IMG/VR virus record: IMGVR_UViG_3300044974_000700
Coordinates: 1 to 64,000 of that record
Reading direction: 5' to 3' (one strand)
DNA: 64,000 nt
From: a virus
Position 1 is the first letter of the stretch, and each line of letters begins with the position of its first letter. Both the position numbers and the translations under genes were made by a program. Below the pieces are notes generated by a model, which saw nothing but the letters and a program-made list of their open reading frames with translations, was not told the DNA's origin and did not search any database. Positions 50,983 through 60,938 of this stretch are shown here, in pieces.

Positions 50983-52404
50983 CTAAGATATTATATCAAA
51001 TTTATATAAGTTTTGCCAGTCACTTATATCTTTTTTATCATTTAATAAAGGCTGTCCTTTTATATTTAAACTAGTATTTAATAATATTGGAACTCCAGTT
51101 AGGGAATTCCAATTGTTTAAAACTTCATATAGTCCTGGATGTTGTTTTTTATTAACAGTTTGTACTCTTGATGTTCCGTCTGCGTGAACAACAGAAGGAA
51201 TTTCGTTTGGCCTTAAGCATTTAACTGTATATTGCATATATGGAGAAGGAAAATCCATGTCAAACCATTTGGAGGCATGCTATTCCATAATTACTGGGGC
51301 AAATGGTCTAAATAATTCTCTTTGTTTAATTAAATTAACTTTGTCTTTTATATTTGGATCACGTGGATCTGCAAAAATACTTCTATTGCCCAAAGCCCTG
51401 GGACCGTACTCTGCTCTGCCAGTTGCTACTGCAACTATTTTATTACTTATTAGTCCTGTAACAATTTCTGAAACTGGATAAGTTCCTCCTAAATCATATC
51501 CAATGTATGGAGTTTCCCAATTTAAATGTTTACCATACAATGCAGCTGCTGCGCCTAAAGAACTTCCAGCGTCTCCAGGATTGGGCATTATCCAAATATT
51601 ATCAAAAATTTTCCATAGGTAGGTATTTGCTGATGAGTTTAGGGCACATCCACCCATAAAAACTAAATTGTTTTTACCTGTTATAGCTTTAGCGCTATGC
51701 ATAAACTCCATGAGGTTACTCTGATAAACTACTTGAACTGCTGCTGCAATATCAAATTTATCTTGTTCAGAAATCTTCATGCCCCAATCGTTAATCCCTG
51801 TATGAAAATTATATTTTTGTTTATTAGGAGATGGGAAATATTCAAGAACTTCTTTTAAATATCTATTTGGATCTCCATACGCTGCCATACCCATCATAAT
51901 ATATTCTTCTTGATTCGGCACCAATCCAATTAATTTAGTAAAAGCTGAGTAAAAAAGTCCAAAACTAACTGGGTAATTTTGCTTATATTTTAATTTAATT
52001 TTTTCGCCTTCACCAACCCATATAGTAGAAGTGTTATACTCTCCTATCGCATCTAATATTACAATCACAGCATCTGTAAAATTGCTTGTGTAATAGCCAG
52101 CTGCTGCATGCGAATAATGATGTTTAAAATAATGTACTGGTAAATCCAAAGGTATATTTGGTTTCCAATCGCCAGCCCCGCCTTTCAAAATTATTCTAGA
52201 CCTCTTAAGCTGCGGCTTTTCATAATAAGCTATGTGTGTAGGGTACCCATAGCTTAATGCATCTGCAAGAATTTCATCATTGTTATACCAATCGTTTTTT
52301 TGTTTGCTATACCTTTCGGAATGGGCAGCAAATAGTATTTCCCCATCTTTTATTAAAGACATGGATGCATCATGTGATGTTTCATTAATCCCTAGTATGA
52401 TCAT
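50983..52404 (-). CDS. NodU/CmcH-family carbamoyltransferase interrupted by one in-frame TAG (51280-51282)
   Basis: HDAS, HHYSHA, DAIGE, GGCALN, PGDAG, EYGPRALGNRS, FRPFAP; C-terminal half HADGTSRVQTV, LNTSLN is in the same frame. Confidence 0.85.
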
Positions 52405-52479
52405 CAGTATGTAAAATCTTTTTTATTTTTTTTATTTATTTTTAATATCTTAATTAATTTATAAAGATAATATTGTATT

Positions 52480-53433
52480 TTAATTTTCATTATATCCCGC
52501 TTCCTCTTTATATTTTTTATAAATAAAATCTGCCCAAAACGCATGTGGAGCAATTCCTAAATGACTTCCATCCCTTGAGATTTGCAAAAATTGTTTATTT
52601 TTGCCCTGATAATTTTTTATAAAATCTTCACAAAATTTTATAAGATTTTCTTTTTCCCAAACATGAAATGTTTTAAATTGTTTTATTTTTGAAAAATCAA
52701 AAAATAAAGATTTTTCATCAATCTCTTTTTTCATTGCTTGCCAAGTAAATGAATATATTTTTATATTGTTTGTTTTGCAATAAGAATATACTTGATAGTA
52801 TGCTATATAATTAGCTAATTCATTTAGGTCTATGTGGTAGGAGGGATGTTTCTTTTTTGTTACTTCTGTATACATTTCATTAATAGCTGAATCTATGTTT
52901 CCATTTCTTGAACTGCTTTTTGGCATTTGTATTAAATCATTTGATGCAAAATTTGAATAGCCTCGACTGGTTGGTGGCATCAACCAAAAAAGAATTTCTG
53001 GGTGTCCAAATTTTTCAAAATATTTTAAAATCATAAATGATTGTTCATGTATAGATGTATTAGGAAATCCTATATTAAAAAATCCTGAAATTTTTTCTTC
53101 TTCACAAATTTTTTTATAAACATTGTATGCCCATATTTCCTCTAGTGTCATACCAGAGCCGTGTGTATAAGAGCATCCTGCAAATAATATATGTTTAGAA
53201 TCATGTTGTTTTTTAAATGGATCAGATGTAAAACCATAGCTGTTTATACACGGGTTATTTATGCAACAACACTGATCTATATAATTGACAGCCTTTTTAG
53301 TTTTAGGATCTGGATTTTTAAGATTGCATCCATTTTTGTTTTCCTTGCATGCGCCTTGATGATAACATTTTTCAACAAATGTAATATTTTCTTTTTCATT
53401 AAATAACATTTCTAAAATAAATGGGTTTGTCAT
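52480..53433 (-). CDS. SGNH-like hydrolase/acyltransferase
   Basis: GCSYTHG, RDGSHLG. Confidence 0.55.
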   Translation of the reverse strand: MTNPFILEMLFNEKENITFVEKCYHQGACKENKNGCNLKNPDPKTKKAVNYIDQCCCINNPCINSYGFTSDPFKKQHDSKHILFAGCSYTHGSGMTLEEIWAYNVYKKICEEEKISGFFNIGFPNTSIHEQSFMILKYFEKFGHPEILFWLMPPTSRGYSNFASNDLIQMPKSSSRNGNIDSAINEMYTEVTKKKHPSYHIDLNELANYIAYYQVYSYCKTNNIKIYSFTWQAMKKEIDEKSLFFDFSKIKQFKTFHVWEKENLIKFCEDFIKNYQGKNKQFLQISRDGSHLGIAPHAFWADFIYKKYKEEAGYNEN

Positions 53434-53437
53434 TTTA

Positions 53438-54238
53438 CTATTCCTCTTTTATGTATTGCTCTATAGAATCTGATATATGTATATGGTCATGATAAGACCA
53501 ATGCCCTGGCCTGTCTTTATTTTCATAATCAGCAGCACAATTAAAATATTTTTTATCAGAAAATTCAATATGACAATTTTTTCTTACAATTTCTATAGGG
53601 AAATAACTTTTAGAATGTCTCATCATAATATCTTTTAAAGGATATTCATTATATTCTTTATGCCAAATATTATACAAAAATTTTATATTATTTGAAATAC
53701 AATACTGTTCTAAAATATTTATAAAAGTATGTGTATAAAACGTGGCCATTTCTTTTAACATTATGTCTTCTATTTTATACGGAGCTTTTGATATTTTTTC
53801 AAAATTTTCATTTACATCAATCATTGCAACTTTTGTTGTAGAAGTGTTTTCATCCCCGTGAGACCAAAACTTTTCTACTATTGGAAATTCAATTCTATAA
53901 GCTGGAAAAACACCTATTACAATTTTAGGATTTCCATATCTCTTAAAATATTCAAAAGCTTTTGTTACCTGACCCTGTGCACTATCTCCTGGCAATGATA
54001 TATTTGTTACAGAAATATTATTGTTTTTAGCAAAAATTTCTGGCCAAGTTTGATCTATGTTTACGCCCCATCCAAAAGTTTGCGAACATCCTAAAGCCAA
54101 AAGATCTTCGTTGTTTTTAAAATTTTTTGTTCTATATCCATCTTCATTTAAACTATAATCAATATTATGATTATTAGGTATTAGATTTTGATAAGACATT
54201 TGTTTTAATGTTCTTCTAAGAAACAAACTATTAATCAT
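53438..54238 (-). CDS. SGNH-like hydrolase/acyltransferase
   Basis: GCSQTFG, N.S.PG, PGHW...H. Confidence 0.55.
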   Translation of the reverse strand: MINSLFLRRTLKQMSYQNLIPNNHNIDYSLNEDGYRTKNFKNNEDLLALGCSQTFGWGVNIDQTWPEIFAKNNNISVTNISLPGDSAQGQVTKAFEYFKRYGNPKIVIGVFPAYRIEFPIVEKFWSHGDENTSTTKVAMIDVNENFEKISKAPYKIEDIMLKEMATFYTHTFINILEQYCISNNIKFLYNIWHKEYNEYPLKDIMMRHSKSYFPIEIVRKNCHIEFSDKKYFNCAADYENKDRPGHWSYHDHIHISDSIEQYIKEE

Positions 54239-54356
54239 AATAATCTTTCTAATAAATAAAATCTTTTTTATTATTTAAAGATTTATAAATTTTTTTATAT
54301 TTAATTTTAAAATATATTTTTTTTATTAATTTAATCATAATACATTATATCATTTG

Positions 54357-54429
54357 TGCCCCTGGTTGGATTCGAACCAACGCTTTTACGATTTTAAGTC
54401 GTATGCCTCTGCCACTGGGCTACAAGGGC
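54357..54429 (-). tRNA. tRNA-Leu(UAA)
   Basis: Anticodon arm TACGA-CTTAAAA-TCGTA; short variable loop. Confidence 0.85.
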
Positions 54430-54430
54430 G

Positions 54431-54503
54431 TGTCCCCAGTAGGTATCGAACCTACGACCCACAGATTAAAAGTCTGTTGCTCTACCAACTGAGCTATAGG
54501 GAC
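54431..54503 (-). tRNA. tRNA-Lys(UUU)
   Basis: ACAGA-CTTTTAA-TCTGT. Confidence 0.92.
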
Positions 54504-54508
54504 TTGTG

Positions 54509-54581
54509 AGCCCCCCAACAGAATCGAACTGTCAACCTACGCATTACAAGTGCGTTGCTCTACCTATTGAGCTAAGGAGGC
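54509..54581 (-). tRNA. tRNA-Thr(UGU)
   Basis: ACGCA-CTTGTAA-TGCGT. Confidence 0.92.
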
Positions 54582-54585
54582 TAAG

Positions 54586-54659
54586 CGATCCATAACGGAC
54601 TTGAACCGTCGACCTCTACCGTGACAGGGTAGCGCTCTAACCAACTGAGCTAATGGACC
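54586..54659 (-). tRNA. tRNA-Asp(GUC)
   Basis: CTACC-CTGTCAC-GGTAG. Confidence 0.92.
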
Positions 54660-54665
54660 ACTTGA

Positions 54666-55178
54666 CTAAGAATTTAAAATTTTAGCCAATGCGTTCACTG
54701 TAGCAGCAATTCTTCCAATGTCTCTTAATTGCTCTACTGTAAACCCTTCTTGCTTTAATGTCTCATAATGTGCTTTTACACAAAAATGACATTTACCAAT
54801 AATTGAGGATGCTAGTGAGTAAGCTTCAAAGTTGGCTTTTGTTGTTCCTCCGTGTGACGTTATGGCATTCATTCTTAACTGTGCAGGCAAACCCTTTAAA
54901 TTAGAATCGTCTGCCATTTCAATGTATGGATACCACACATTGTTTTGTGCCATGATAGCACCAGCTGTCATTGCGGCATTTTTTTCTACTTCATTTGTAG
55001 AGCTTGCAGCAATAAAAGCAATAAGTTTTCCATTGCCAGTAGCAAAGGAAGCTGCCAGAGCTAGGTGGGTTGCTAGCTCTGGGTCAACTGTACTGCGATT
55101 AATGACAGCATCAAGATTTAATTTTATATCTTTTGCATACTCTGGTAAAGATTCCTTTAGCTGCTCAACCCAAGACAT
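54666..55178 (-). CDS. ahpD: Alkyl hydroperoxide reductase D
   Basis: LPEYAKDIKLNL, MAQNNVWY, CHFCVKAH. Confidence 0.9.
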   Translation of the reverse strand: MSWVEQLKESLPEYAKDIKLNLDAVINRSTVDPELATHLALAASFATGNGKLIAFIAASSTNEVEKNAAMTAGAIMAQNNVWYPYIEMADDSNLKGLPAQLRMNAITSHGGTTKANFEAYSLASSIIGKCHFCVKAHYETLKQEGFTVEQLRDIGRIAATVNALAKILNS

Positions 55179-55714
55179 TATAGAGTTTCTCCTCCGAGAG
55201 GCCTATTGCATGCACAAAGTTCTCCCGTTTGAAGAGCATCAAGAACACGTAGTGCTTCATCTGCATTTCTACCGACATCTAAATTATTACATGTAACATG
55301 CTGAATAATATTATCTGGGTCAACAATAAATGTTGCACGGTAAGTAACACCAGAGGAATGATGTATGCCAAGATCACTTGCCAATTGATGTGCAGTATCT
55401 GCAAACGACCAAGAATTTGTTTTCTTAAGATCCTCATGAGCATTTCTCCATGCTATCTTACAGAATTCGTTATCTACAGACCCAGTCATTAGAACTGCAT
55501 CCCTATCATTAAAATCATTAACCAAAGCATCGTATGCGACAATTTCTGTCGGGCATACAAATGTAAAATCTTTTGGATAAAATGCAATAACTTTCCATTT
55601 ACCTGGAAAAGAATCTTGCGTAATTACTTCAAATGAGGAATCGTCATAAGACAAAGCCCCAGGCTTAACTCCAGTAACAGCAAAGTTACCAAGTTTTTCT
55701 CCTACAGTTTTCAT
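55178..55714 (-). CDS. ahpC: Peroxiredoxin AhpC
   Basis: FYPKDFTFVCPTEI, GRN..E.LR.LDALQ, LCACN. Confidence 0.93.
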   Translation of the reverse strand: MKTVGEKLGNFAVTGVKPGALSYDDSSFEVITQDSFPGKWKVIAFYPKDFTFVCPTEIVAYDALVNDFNDRDAVLMTGSVDNEFCKIAWRNAHEDLKKTNSWSFADTAHQLASDLGIHHSSGVTYRATFIVDPDNIIQHVTCNNLDVGRNADEALRVLDALQTGELCACNRPLGGETL

Positions 55715-55747
55715 ATTTCTCCTTATATATAAGTGGGTTTATTCCCG

Positions 55748-55820
55748 CTGGACCACCAGGGCTCGAACCTGGGACATCAGAGTTAACAGCTCTGCGCTCT
55801 GCCGACTGAGCTATGGTCCA
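55748..55820 (-). tRNA. tRNA-Asn(GUU)
   Basis: CAGAG-CTGTTAA-CTCTG. Confidence 0.92.
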
Positions 55821-55831
55821 AAATTACAATG

Positions 55832-55904
55832 CGCCCCTGAAAGGAATCGAACCTCTGACGCAGGCCTTAGAAGAGCCTCGCTCTATCCGCTGAGCTACAA
55901 GGGC
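55832..55904 (-). tRNA. tRNA-Arg(UCU)
   Basis: AGGCT-CTTCTAA-GGCCT. Confidence 0.88.
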
Positions 55905-56215
55905 TAAAATTCTTGGTCTTCTAAAGGTATTATTCCTTTTTCTACTGCTATATCGTATCCTTCTTTTGAAAAATGCATTGTTGCTTGAAGATTTTCATCA
56001 TACTCTACATTCATCAAACCATCTTCAAATAACTCTGCTAAATTACTGTCAACATATTCCATATGGGATTCCCATAATTCTGGAGCAAGTTCTTTTGTTA
56101 TATCTTCTCTTAATTCAAATACAGCTTCGCCCTCATCATTATAGCCAGCTAATCTTATTGCACCAATATCTATGTAGTATTGTATTTTTTTTAGAGCTTC
56201 TTCTTCTTCCACCAT
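55904..56215 (-). CDS. Acidic hypothetical protein
   Basis: AGGAG RBS; sits between tRNAs. Confidence 0.65.
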   Translation of the reverse strand: MVEEEEALKKIQYYIDIGAIRLAGYNDEGEAVFELREDITKELAPELWESHMEYVDSNLAELFEDGLMNVEYDENLQATMHFSKEGYDIAVEKGIIPLEDQEF

Positions 56216-56224
56216 ACTCCTTTG

Positions 56225-56298
56225 TGCACCAGGTAGGACTTGAACCTACGACTACCCGATTATGAGTCGGGGGCTCTAACCAACTAAGCTACTGGTGC
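56225..56298 (-). tRNA. tRNA with CAU anticodon (Ile2-like or elongator Met)
   Basis: CCCGA-CTCATAA-TCGGG; C4:G69 and C5:G68 pairs suggest a TilS substrate. Confidence 0.85.
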
Positions 56299-56310
56299 CT
56301 AGTTGATTAA

Positions 56311-56559
56311 TTATATATTTTCTATATCTTTTTTGTCAATAGACTGTTCAACTATTTGTTGAACGTAATCTGAAAAATGTTTTCTTATATTTCCTGGGGG
56401 CCTATAACCTATCTCATTCCATATTCTTTTATATTCTGATATATTATCAAATGTAGTGGGGCAAACTTTTATTCCATTAAATTCTTTTAATCTAACTGGA
56501 AGAGGTACGTGCTTTCCACAACATTTGCATTCTTTAGCTTTATCTTGATATATGCTCAT
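56311..56559 (-). CDS. Hypothetical Cys-containing protein
   Basis: Coupled to terminase stop. Confidence 0.6.
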   Translation of the reverse strand: MSIYQDKAKECKCCGKHVPLPVRLKEFNGIKVCPTTFDNISEYKRIWNEIGYRPPGNIRKHFSDYVQQIVEQSIDKKDIENI

Positions 56560-58346
56560 ATAATTTCCATTCCGTCTAAAACATCAGCCAACCTTTTTGG
56601 TATTGGGGCCCTGATAACATTTCTATCATCTTCAACAAGTGTTTCTTTAACCCTATCTCTAGAGCGTAAAGATGAGTATGTATGTACTTCTACATTTCCA
56701 AAATCAGGCCTTGTCAAACTAATTGCATTAAATATAGATCCGCATACCGCATCAGCTAAATCTTTAGATCCTTTTCTTGGGTGATCGACTTTATCTTTCA
56801 TGATCCTAAGCTCAAGCAACTCATCGATTAAAAGCTTTATGTGTGGCCCGCTTAATCTTTCTTCTAAAACAACCATTGCCATATCATCATAATGTTTTTT
56901 TGCTACAGATAGAGTTTCAGTATTAATACCATACTGCCTTAGCTGCTGCATCATGTCATGAGAGTTCCATCTATCGAATGTACAAATTCTAATATTAAAT
57001 CCACGTGATCTTAATGACAAAATATAATCTCTAACTTCTGTAAAGTCTACGGATTTATCAGAAGTTGGTGTCCAATATCTAACAGCATCGACTTCTACAA
57101 TCGGAGCTGGCTGAGAGTAATTATCTGTTACTTTAACATTAACCCATTTATTAATATGTGACATTGCAACAGCACAGTGGTCATGTTTTTGTGCTAAGTC
57201 TACATGTATAAAGTACTCTTTGTCTTGTTGTGGAACAAACCACTCTTCAAATCTGCCGAAATTATCTACCGCTAAAGACATATTATTGAATGCTTTCTCT
57301 ACCTTTTCTCTTGATTTAAAGAAAGCATCTATAGCTTCTGGTGGCATGCATGCAAATCTACCTAGAGCATCTATTGGGTCTCTATAAAATGGAACCTTAA
57401 AATCATCTATGCTTCTAGTGGGGTTAATCTCCCATGTAGGCCTTTTTATTGCATATATCTTTGGCAATTTATATGAAACTATATGATCTTCTTCCCAGGA
57501 AACTTCGAACTGATTGCCTGGAGTATTTTCTGGTAAATCTGGATCAATATCAAATGTATGAGTTCTAATTATAGTTTCTTTTTCTGCAACAACTTCTGCA
57601 TATCTTTGCTGAATGTAATCATTTTTAAATCTTGGAAATGAAAGTAAAATTACTTTACCGTAATCTGGAAAACGTGAATCAACAGATCCTCTATACATTT
57701 CATAAATGGCGCTGGCTGTTTTTGCCTGGTCATGTCCACTTGTACTTTCAAGAGCAAATCCAGATATCTCGTCAAGAACCGCTACTAGAACGTTATAACC
57801 TTCAAAAGCTTCTCTTTCTGAGTGTCCAGAATAAACCGTTACATTTTTATTAAATTTAATTTCAGAGGCCTTGGCTTCATATTTTCCAATAAACCACGGA
57901 CTTCTTTCAATTCTAGTCTTAAAACCTTTAAAGAAAACATTGTTAGCCTGCTGTGCGTTAATAGCAATATTAATGATGTCTATAGTATCACCAGGTGGTT
58001 TGCCATAATAAGTTGCTGGATCTTTAAGTGATAATAGCAAATAAACTATATAGGCTACAGATATGGTTGAGCAATAGTCTTTACCACTACCTTTACCTAA
58101 TTGTGCTATTACCTCATTACAAGTTTGTTTATATCTAGTTCTACCCTCTGATTCTCCAAAAAGTTTGACTAGGGTAGACTCTTTATAGATTTGGCTACTC
58201 TTCTCAATGAGTGTATACTGGTACTCCGAAAGCGGAGGTAAGCCGAGATAATCTGGGCTTGTAACAAATGTTCGTAAGTCGACTGGTCTTTCATCAAATT
58301 CCTCTCCGTCTAGGATATCAATGAGATCATTAAAATTAAGATCCAC
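56556..58346 (-). CDS. terL: Terminase large subunit
   Basis: Walker A GKGSGKD, Walker B VAVLDE, RNase H-like HVDLA, DHPRKGSKDLADA. Confidence 0.88.
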   Translation of the reverse strand: MDLNFNDLIDILDGEEFDERPVDLRTFVTSPDYLGLPPLSEYQYTLIEKSSQIYKESTLVKLFGESEGRTRYKQTCNEVIAQLGKGSGKDYCSTISVAYIVYLLLSLKDPATYYGKPPGDTIDIINIAINAQQANNVFFKGFKTRIERSPWFIGKYEAKASEIKFNKNVTVYSGHSEREAFEGYNVLVAVLDEISGFALESTSGHDQAKTASAIYEMYRGSVDSRFPDYGKVILLSFPRFKNDYIQQRYAEVVAEKETIIRTHTFDIDPDLPENTPGNQFEVSWEEDHIVSYKLPKIYAIKRPTWEINPTRSIDDFKVPFYRDPIDALGRFACMPPEAIDAFFKSREKVEKAFNNMSLAVDNFGRFEEWFVPQQDKEYFIHVDLAQKHDHCAVAMSHINKWVNVKVTDNYSQPAPIVEVDAVRYWTPTSDKSVDFTEVRDYILSLRSRGFNIRICTFDRWNSHDMMQQLRQYGINTETLSVAKKHYDDMAMVVLEERLSGPHIKLLIDELLELRIMKDKVDHPRKGSKDLADAVCGSIFNAISLTRPDFGNVEVHTYSSLRSRDRVKETLVEDDRNVIRAPIPKRLADVLDGMEII

Positions 58347-58872
58347 TTAACTCCTCGTTTATAACTACTGGCTCAACAATCCCAGTTATCTGAGAAAGTC
58401 TTTTTGCTACCTCTAATTTACATTTAGGACATGTAGCAGTAACTTCTTTTAAAATATTAACAAGTATTTCTTGTTTTCTTTCAGTGTCAGCAATTTGTGT
58501 AGCAAGTTCAGCATTATCTAAAAGGCCAACCTCTTGCAACATTCCAATTCTTTTACCCTCTATATCTGCAATTAATTTTAAAGAAGTTGCCTTTACATTT
58601 AGCTGCCCAGATTGATCTGCATCCTCTACGGTTTTCCATGCTTCTTTAATGAGCATAGCGTAATGTTGGTCAGCTCCAGAGATGGCCTCCTTTGCCCTTT
58701 CACGGGCCCCAGAATCGCTTCTGACGACCCCTTTCCACTCGTCTATATACTCTATAACCTCTGATCGCTTAAACCCTGTTAGGGTGGCAATCTGGGTAGG
58801 GTTATTTCCTTTTAATAATTCTTCTACAACCCTGTTCATACGATCAAAATGATCAGATAATTCAATTTCCAT
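58336..58872 (-). CDS. Putative terminase small subunit (N-terminal HTH)
   Basis: Directly upstream of terL; HTH-like N-terminus, helical body. Confidence 0.5.
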   Translation of the reverse strand: MEIELSDHFDRMNRVVEELLKGNNPTQIATLTGFKRSEVIEYIDEWKGVVRSDSGARERAKEAISGADQHYAMLIKEAWKTVEDADQSGQLNVKATSLKLIADIEGKRIGMLQEVGLLDNAELATQIADTERKQEILVNILKEVTATCPKCKLEVAKRLSQITGIVEPVVINEELSGS

Positions 58873-58901
58873 ATAAATTTATTATACCATATCCTGGTTG
58901 A

Positions 58902-59231
58902 CTAGGATTGAGATTTGGCTATTTTTAACAATACTAAATATCCAATCAGATCATCAATATCATTATCACCTGGATAATCTGTGCCCTTCATAAGCCTATT
59001 TAATTTATCATCAATTCTGACATGAAGTTGCTCTCTTGGTCCCGCCTTTGAAAATATACGCACAGGGTCTAAGGCTGAGTTGCCGTAGGCAATATTTTTC
59101 TTTACTAGCATATGTGCAATTTCGTGGCAGGTCTCTAATATCTCTTTTCCTGCCTCTGTTCCAACTGTTAGCAAATATAAATCATCACACTGAAATTGAC
59201 CTGAATCTGGAAATACTGGCTGAAGACTCAT
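58902..59231 (-). CDS. DUF1599/nucleotide-modification-associated domain protein
   Basis: KKN.AYG.S, RIDDKL.R, DLIGY. Confidence 0.75.
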   Translation of the reverse strand: MSLQPVFPDSGQFQCDDLYLLTVGTEAGKEILETCHEIAHMLVKKNIAYGNSALDPVRIFSKAGPREQLHVRIDDKLNRLMKGTDYPGDNDIDDLIGYLVLLKIAKSQS

Positions 59232-59368
59232 TTAATTAATCCATTCTCTTTTAATGCTCTATATATGGTCATAACAGTTACGCCACATTCTTTTGCTATA
59301 TCTTCCATAGTTTTCTTTTGAACTACATATCTACGATATAGCCAATCTTTACTTTTATATAATTTCAT
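59228..59368 (-). CDS. Small HTH protein (46 aa)
   Basis: MKLYKSKDWLYRRYVVQKKTMEDIAKECGVTVMTIYRAL. Confidence 0.65.
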   Translation of the reverse strand: MKLYKSKDWLYRRYVVQKKTMEDIAKECGVTVMTIYRALKENGLIK

Positions 59369-59577
59369 TTTCTACCCCACTGTATTTTATTCCATCCTCG
59401 CTCATGAAAATAATAAAGAACAGTTTTAGTAATAATCTCCATGCTGGCAATTGCTCCAGCAGTAACTGGCTCTTTAGTTATCAAAAATGATATTAAAAAT
59501 GTATCAAGTGTACCTATAACTCTCCATGTTACAGCTTTTATAGCAGATCTAGATTTACTTACATTCATGATGGCCAT
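59365..59577 (-). CDS. DUF2061 membrane protein
   Basis: RSAIKAVTWR.IGT.DT, YYFHER.W. Confidence 0.8.
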   Translation of the reverse strand: MAIMNVSKSRSAIKAVTWRVIGTLDTFLISFLITKEPVTAGAIASMEIITKTVLYYFHERGWNKIQWGRK

Positions 59578-59613
59578 TCCATATTGTTTGGCTTAGTAAT
59601 CCAATTCCAAACT

Positions 59614-60375
59614 TTAGATGCCCATTTCTTTACGCTTCTGCGTAGCCGATATAGCATGAATCTCTGCCCCCAAATCTACTTGTTCAATCTTGTACCCAAC
59701 ATCACGACCATATACAATATTAGTAATATTAGGCAATCTTAATACCATTGCTCTATCCATAAATTCATCTTTAGATATATACTCTTTTACTTGATCAAAT
59801 GTTAGAGGATCTTTTGGACTTGTATTATATGTATTTCTAACACCCAAAAGTACCTGATCTGTTCTTTTGCCCGCCTCAACATACAAAGCATGATGCCCCT
59901 CATGCCATGGTTGATATCTGCCAAGCATTAATGTTGTAGGTTCTGACCAATCATGCAGCTTAAAAATCTTACATATATCTTTTGCTCTTGAGCTTACGTC
60001 ATCTACAAAATCAATATATGAAATATTAAAATCTTCTGGATCTTGCCATAATTTATTTGTATCTTCAAATCTTCCCTCTGGTATAGTGTTCATCCAAATT
60101 AAAATGTCTGGCTTGCCAAAAGCTGATCTTGTTGCATTTGTTGGACATACAAAGTCAACAATAACTGGCGCAACATTTTGTTTAGCAATTAACCTTGCCA
60201 TTTCTCCCATACGACGTGCCTGTTCAACTCTATCATCAGGACTAAATCCTAAATCTGAATTAACAGTTGATCGAACCTCGTCTGCATTTAAATGGATTGC
60301 ATTAATTCTTTCCTTCAAAGCTTTTGCTAACTCTGTCTTTCCAGAGCCAGGAAGTCCTATAATCTGTATAATCAT
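59614..60375 (-). CDS. cysC: Adenylylsulfate kinase-like domain fused to HxGH nucleotidyltransferase-like domain
   Basis: GLPGSGKT, NADEVR...DLGFS..DR; GRYQPWHEGH. Confidence 0.75.
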   Translation of the reverse strand: MIIQIIGLPGSGKTELAKALKERINAIHLNADEVRSTVNSDLGFSPDDRVEQARRMGEMARLIAKQNVAPVIVDFVCPTNATRSAFGKPDILIWMNTIPEGRFEDTNKLWQDPEDFNISYIDFVDDVSSRAKDICKIFKLHDWSEPTTLMLGRYQPWHEGHHALYVEAGKRTDQVLLGVRNTYNTSPKDPLTFDQVKEYISKDEFMDRAMVLRLPNITNIVYGRDVGYKIEQVDLGAEIHAISATQKRKEMGI

Positions 60376-60938
60376 CTTTTAGTTAACACTTCATTAGCAT
60401 AGTAGGCAATTCCGAATGAATCTGCCACATCAAAATCTTCTAGGCTTAAATTATATTTTTTATTAAAATAATCTACTGTTCTTTGCTTTCTAATTTCCCG
60501 CATTTTATTCTTATACCAAGAATCTGCGTACCCAGGATTTTCTGATCTTAGTTTGTCTTTTTCCCACTTCGTTGGGTTTTTATTGCCGATATGTGCCTGC
60601 CAAGAACTAGGGGATACAGTAATAACGGAAGAGCCAGTAGACATAAGTTCAGCAATAACAACACCGTAGACATAAGATAATTTTATCACAGCATCAGCAG
60701 ATTTGACAAGTATTGCCCCTTCAATTGCAATATAGTCTGACTTTAATTCATCTATCATTGCAAACGTTTTGCATTTAGCATCATATATTTTTTCATATAT
60801 GTCATTTCCTGTTAAATTAATTTTACCCCATTTAATTGGCTTGTTATTTTCAAGCAGACAAAAAGCAATTGAATTTGTGGATGCATCAATTCCCAAAACT
60901 CTATTTGCTTTAGTTTTAATCAGGCTGGCTAATGTCAT
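60372..60938 (-). CDS. RuvC-like Holliday junction resolvase
   Basis: LGID, AIE, DVADS. Confidence 0.75.
   Translation of the reverse strand: MTLASLIKTKANRVLGIDASTNSIAFCLLENNKPIKWGKINLTGNDIYEKIYDAKCKTFAMIDELKSDYIAIEGAILVKSADAVIKLSYVYGVVIAELMSTGSSVITVSPSSWQAHIGNKNPTKWEKDKLRSENPGYADSWYKNKMREIRKQRTVDYFNKKYNLSLEDFDVADSFGIAYYANEVLTKR

Noticed and set aside
50983-52404. Genome-wide TAG recoding
   Set aside because: Other genes (e.g. nrdJ, ahpD) end at TAG at their expected C-termini, and long genes are not fragmented.
54357-56298. Prophage attachment site / host chromosome junction at the tRNA cluster
   Set aside because: No integrase seen, and phage-type genes continue on both sides.
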